Assembly (NCBI RefSeq): GCF_004010195.1
Contig: NC_057718.1
Coordinates: 30,104,102-30,129,570, forward strand
Length of the DNA stretch: 25,469 bases
Source: Chiloscyllium plagiosum
Lineage: Eukaryota
Direction: 5' to 3'
The notes beneath the pieces were generated by a model. That model did not search any database. It was not told the DNA's origin and saw only the letters and a list, made by a program, of their open reading frames with translations. A program made the position numbers and the translations under genes. Below are positions 22,428-25,469 of the stretch, one piece after another. Within the stretch, counting starts at the first letter, position 1. The number at the start of each line of letters is the position of its first letter.

Positions 22428-23608
22428 ACATAGAGTAGGGATTAATGGGTCTTCTTCAGGTTGGTAAGCTGTAACCAGGAGAGTGCCACAGGGTTCCTGT
22501 TGGAGCATCAGCTATTTTCACTCTATATGGATAACATGGATGCAGAAGCTGAGTGTATGAGGTAGCTAAATTTGCCAATGGTAACAAGATAGGTTTAACA
22601 AAAAGTAAGTTGTCAAGACAAGCTAGGGAATTTGCTGGATGTTATGAATAGAATGAGTGGGCAAAAATGTGGCAGATGGGTTATACAGGAAAATGTGAAC
22701 TTGTCCACTTTAGCGAAGAAAAGAAAAACAGCATATTATTTAAATAGAGAGAGACTGCAAAAGAGTGATCTGGGTGTGCTAGTAAATGAATTACAAAAAA
22801 TTAGTATTCAGGTACAGCATGATACTAGGAAGGTGAATGAAATGTTAATGTTTACTTCAAAGGGAATTCAGTATAAAAGTAGGGAAGTTTTATTGCAACT
22901 ATATGCATCATTGGTGAGACTGCATTTGGAATACTGTGAGCGTGAGGGAACTTGATCACATGATACTGAAAGGATGCTTCCTCTCATACACAAAGTTGTC
23001 ACTAGGAGACACAGTTTCAGAATAAGAGATCTTCCGTAAAAGGGATGGAGATGAAGAGATTATTTTTCTCTCTGAAGGGTAATGACTTGGAGTAGTTTAA
23101 GCCTGTACTCTCTACAGTTTAGAGAGAGGAGATCTACTTGAGGCATATAGATGCTAAAGGGGATTGACAAAATAGACATAGAGGAGATGTTTCCTTTTGT
23201 GGGGCAATGTAGAATGAGAGTTCATAGTTTTAGGATAAGGGATAGCAGATTTAAAATAGAAATTATTTCTCTCAAAGAGTTGTGATTTTGTGGAATTCAC
23301 TACCTGAGAGTGTGGTACGTGCATGGATATTGAGTAAGTTTAAGGAGTAGGTAGACAGATTTTAAGTTAGTAATGGATTGAAGGGTTATAGGGAGCCTGC
23401 AGAAAAGTGAACTTGAACCCGAGTTGGAATCAGCCATATCTTATTAATTGGGAAGCCATGCACAGGAGATGAATTGCCTTCTCCTACTCTTCGTTGTTAG
23501 GATCTTACGTTTATGTTATTGAAATCACTAAAGGCAGGGTGAGATAGATTTTTGATAGTCAAAAGAGCAAGGGCTCTAAGAAGCAGGTATGAAAGTGAGG
23601 TAGAGGCC

Positions 23609-23881
23609 TGCAGTGATTAGAACCAGGTTGACCTCATTAACTACTAGGTTCTTGATTGGGGTTGTTAATCTGGGCAAATCAGGAAAATCTTGGCTGACCA
23701 ATATTACCAGGAGAGTTAATAAGCACGACTGCAGTTAGGCGGTAGTGTGGGGGTTAAAAAAAAGGGAAAAAAGAAAAGTTGAGGAATGATTCAAAGCTGG
23801 ATAGTCACAGCCAGTGTACTGTGCACAAGTAAATAAAGGGTGACTTGATGTTAGGATACTAGCCTCTGTGGAGTTATTTCA
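23609..23881 (+). mobile_element. Possible LTR fragment or solo LTR
   Basis: TG...CA ends and AATAAA at 23832-23837, about 45 nt before the end. No TSD found. Confidence 0.35.
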
Positions 23882-23951
23882 CTATCATTGCATTTCTTGT
23901 TTAACCATGATTGGTTTATCTCCATCTTAAAATCTCTCTTCCTCACTGGGT

Positions 23952-25469
23952 TATAGAATCAAAGAGAGATGGACAGCATGGAAACAGACCCTTCGGTCCA
24001 ATCCGTCCATGCCGACCAGATATCCCAACTCAATCTAGTCCCACCTGCCAGCACCCGGCCCATAGCCCTCCAAACTCTTCCTATTTATATACCCATCCAA
24101 ATGCCTCCTAAATGTTGCAATTGTACCAGCGTCCACCACTTCCACTGACAGCTCATTCCATACAGGTACCATCCTCTGAGTGAAAAAGTTGCCCCTTAGG
24201 TCTCTTTTATATTTTTCCCCTCTCTCCCTAAACCTATGCCCGCTAGTTCTGGACTCCCCAACCCCAGGGAAAAGACTTTGTCTATTTACCCTATCCATGC
24301 CCCTCATAATTTTGTAAACCTCTATAAGGTCACCCCCTCAGCCTCCGACATTCCAGGGAAACAGCCCCAGCCTGTTCAGCCTCAAATCCTCCAGTCCTGG
24401 CAACATCCTTGTAAATCTTTTCTGAACCCTGTCAAGTTTCACAACATCTTTCTGATAGGAAGGAGACCAGAGTTGCACACAATATTCCAACAGTGGCCTA
24501 ACCAATGTCCTGTACATCCGCAACATCATCTCCCAACTCCTGTGCTCAATACCAATAAAGGAAAGCATACCAAACGCCTTCTTCACTATCCTATCTACCT
24601 GAGACTCCACTTTCAAGGCGCTATGAACCTGCACTCCAAGGTCTCTTTGTTCAGCAACACTCCCAGGACTTTACCATTAAGTGTATAAGGAGAAAGTGAG
24701 GTCTGCAGATGCTGGAGATCAGAGCTGAAAATGTGTTGCTGGAAAAGCGCAGCAGGTCAGGCAGCATCCAGGGAACAGGAGAATCGACGTGCATAAGCCC
24801 TTCTTCAGGAATCCAGGGAACAGGAGAATCGACGTTTCGGGCATAAGCCCTTCTTCCTGAAGAAGCGCTGAAGAAGGGCTTATGCCCGAAACATCGATTC
24901 TCCTGTTCCCTGGATGCTGCCTGACCTGCGCTTTTCCAGCAACACATTTTCAGCATTAAGTGTATAAGTCCTGCTAAGATTTGCTTTCCCAAAATGCAGC
25001 ATCTCGCATTTATCTGAATTAAACTCCATCTGCCACTTCTCAGCCCATTGGCCCATCTGGTCAAGATCCTGTTGTAGTCTGAGGTAACCCTCTTTGCTGT
25101 CCACTACACCTCCAATTTTGGTGTCATCTGCAAACTTACTAACTGTACCTCTTATGCTTGCATCCAAATCATTTATGTAAATGACAAAAAGTAGAGGACC
25201 CTGCAATGATCCTTGTGGCACTCCACTGGTCATAGGCCTCCAGTCTGAAAAACCACCTTCACCACCACCCTCTGTCTTCTATCTTTGAGCCAGTTCTGTA
25301 TCCAAATGGCTAGTTCTCCCTTTATTCCGTGAGATCTAACCTTGCTAATCAGTCTCCCATGGGGAACCTTGTCGAATGCCTTACTGAAGTCCATATTGAT
25401 CACATCTACTGCTCTGCGCTCATCAATCCTCTTTGTTACTTCCTCAAAAAACTCAATCAAGTTTGTGAG
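23952..25469 (-). mobile_element. CR1 LINE ORF2 RT and 3' end, interrupted at 24690-24953 and running off the window end
   Basis: MDFSKAFDKVPHGRL, SGVPQGSLQGPLLFVIYINDLD, SKFADDTK, RPLLEYCVQLWSP and FFTQRMV. Confidence 0.95.
24690..24953. mobile_element. Fold-back, internally duplicated Penelope family B insertion with three hammerhead-type units
   Basis: Perfect 15-bp TSD cattaagtgtataag at 24675-24689 and 24954-24968. Inverted arms at about 24725-24787 and 24894-24954. Confidence 0.9.

Larger units (their letters stand above)
22040..23510 (+). mobile_element. Degenerate CR1 ORF2 fragments (probably more than one copy), with an insertion at 22288-22427
   Basis: RLLHKIKAHG, GVPQG, DLGVLV...YKSREVLLQLYASLVRLHLEYC, and later RGDLLEAYRC. 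Confidence 0.8.

Noticed and set aside
24690..24953. Repeat-like units resembling a CRISPR array
   Set aside because: Eukaryotic context, no unique spacers and no cas genes. Explained as rearranged Penelope termini.

Overview
Eukaryotic, repeat-dense intronic DNA. The repeat families point to a cartilaginous fish, probably a shark (inference). The window carries three spliced + strand exons (11769-11955, 17378-17518, 17623-17730) of a non-catalytic GH13 / SLC3 heavy-chain gene, most like SLC3A2/4F2hc. The gene's other exons were not identified. Most of the rest is transposon debris: many CR1 LINE fragments, L2-like and other non-LTR relics, three tRNA-derived V-SINE (HE1-like) copies, two PIF/Harbinger transposase relics, a solo LTR with a 4-bp TSD, and a decayed Penelope-like element with RT and GIY-YIG domains. 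The most notable signal is two families of short Penelope-terminus-derived insertions. They carry minimal hammerhead-ribozyme cores (CUGANGA-stem II-GAAA-palindromic helix III-UH), are often folded back as long inverted repeats, and several have clean 14-15 bp target-site duplications. Most ORFs in the supplied track are spurious or TE-derived. All family assignments come from motif recognition, not database searches.
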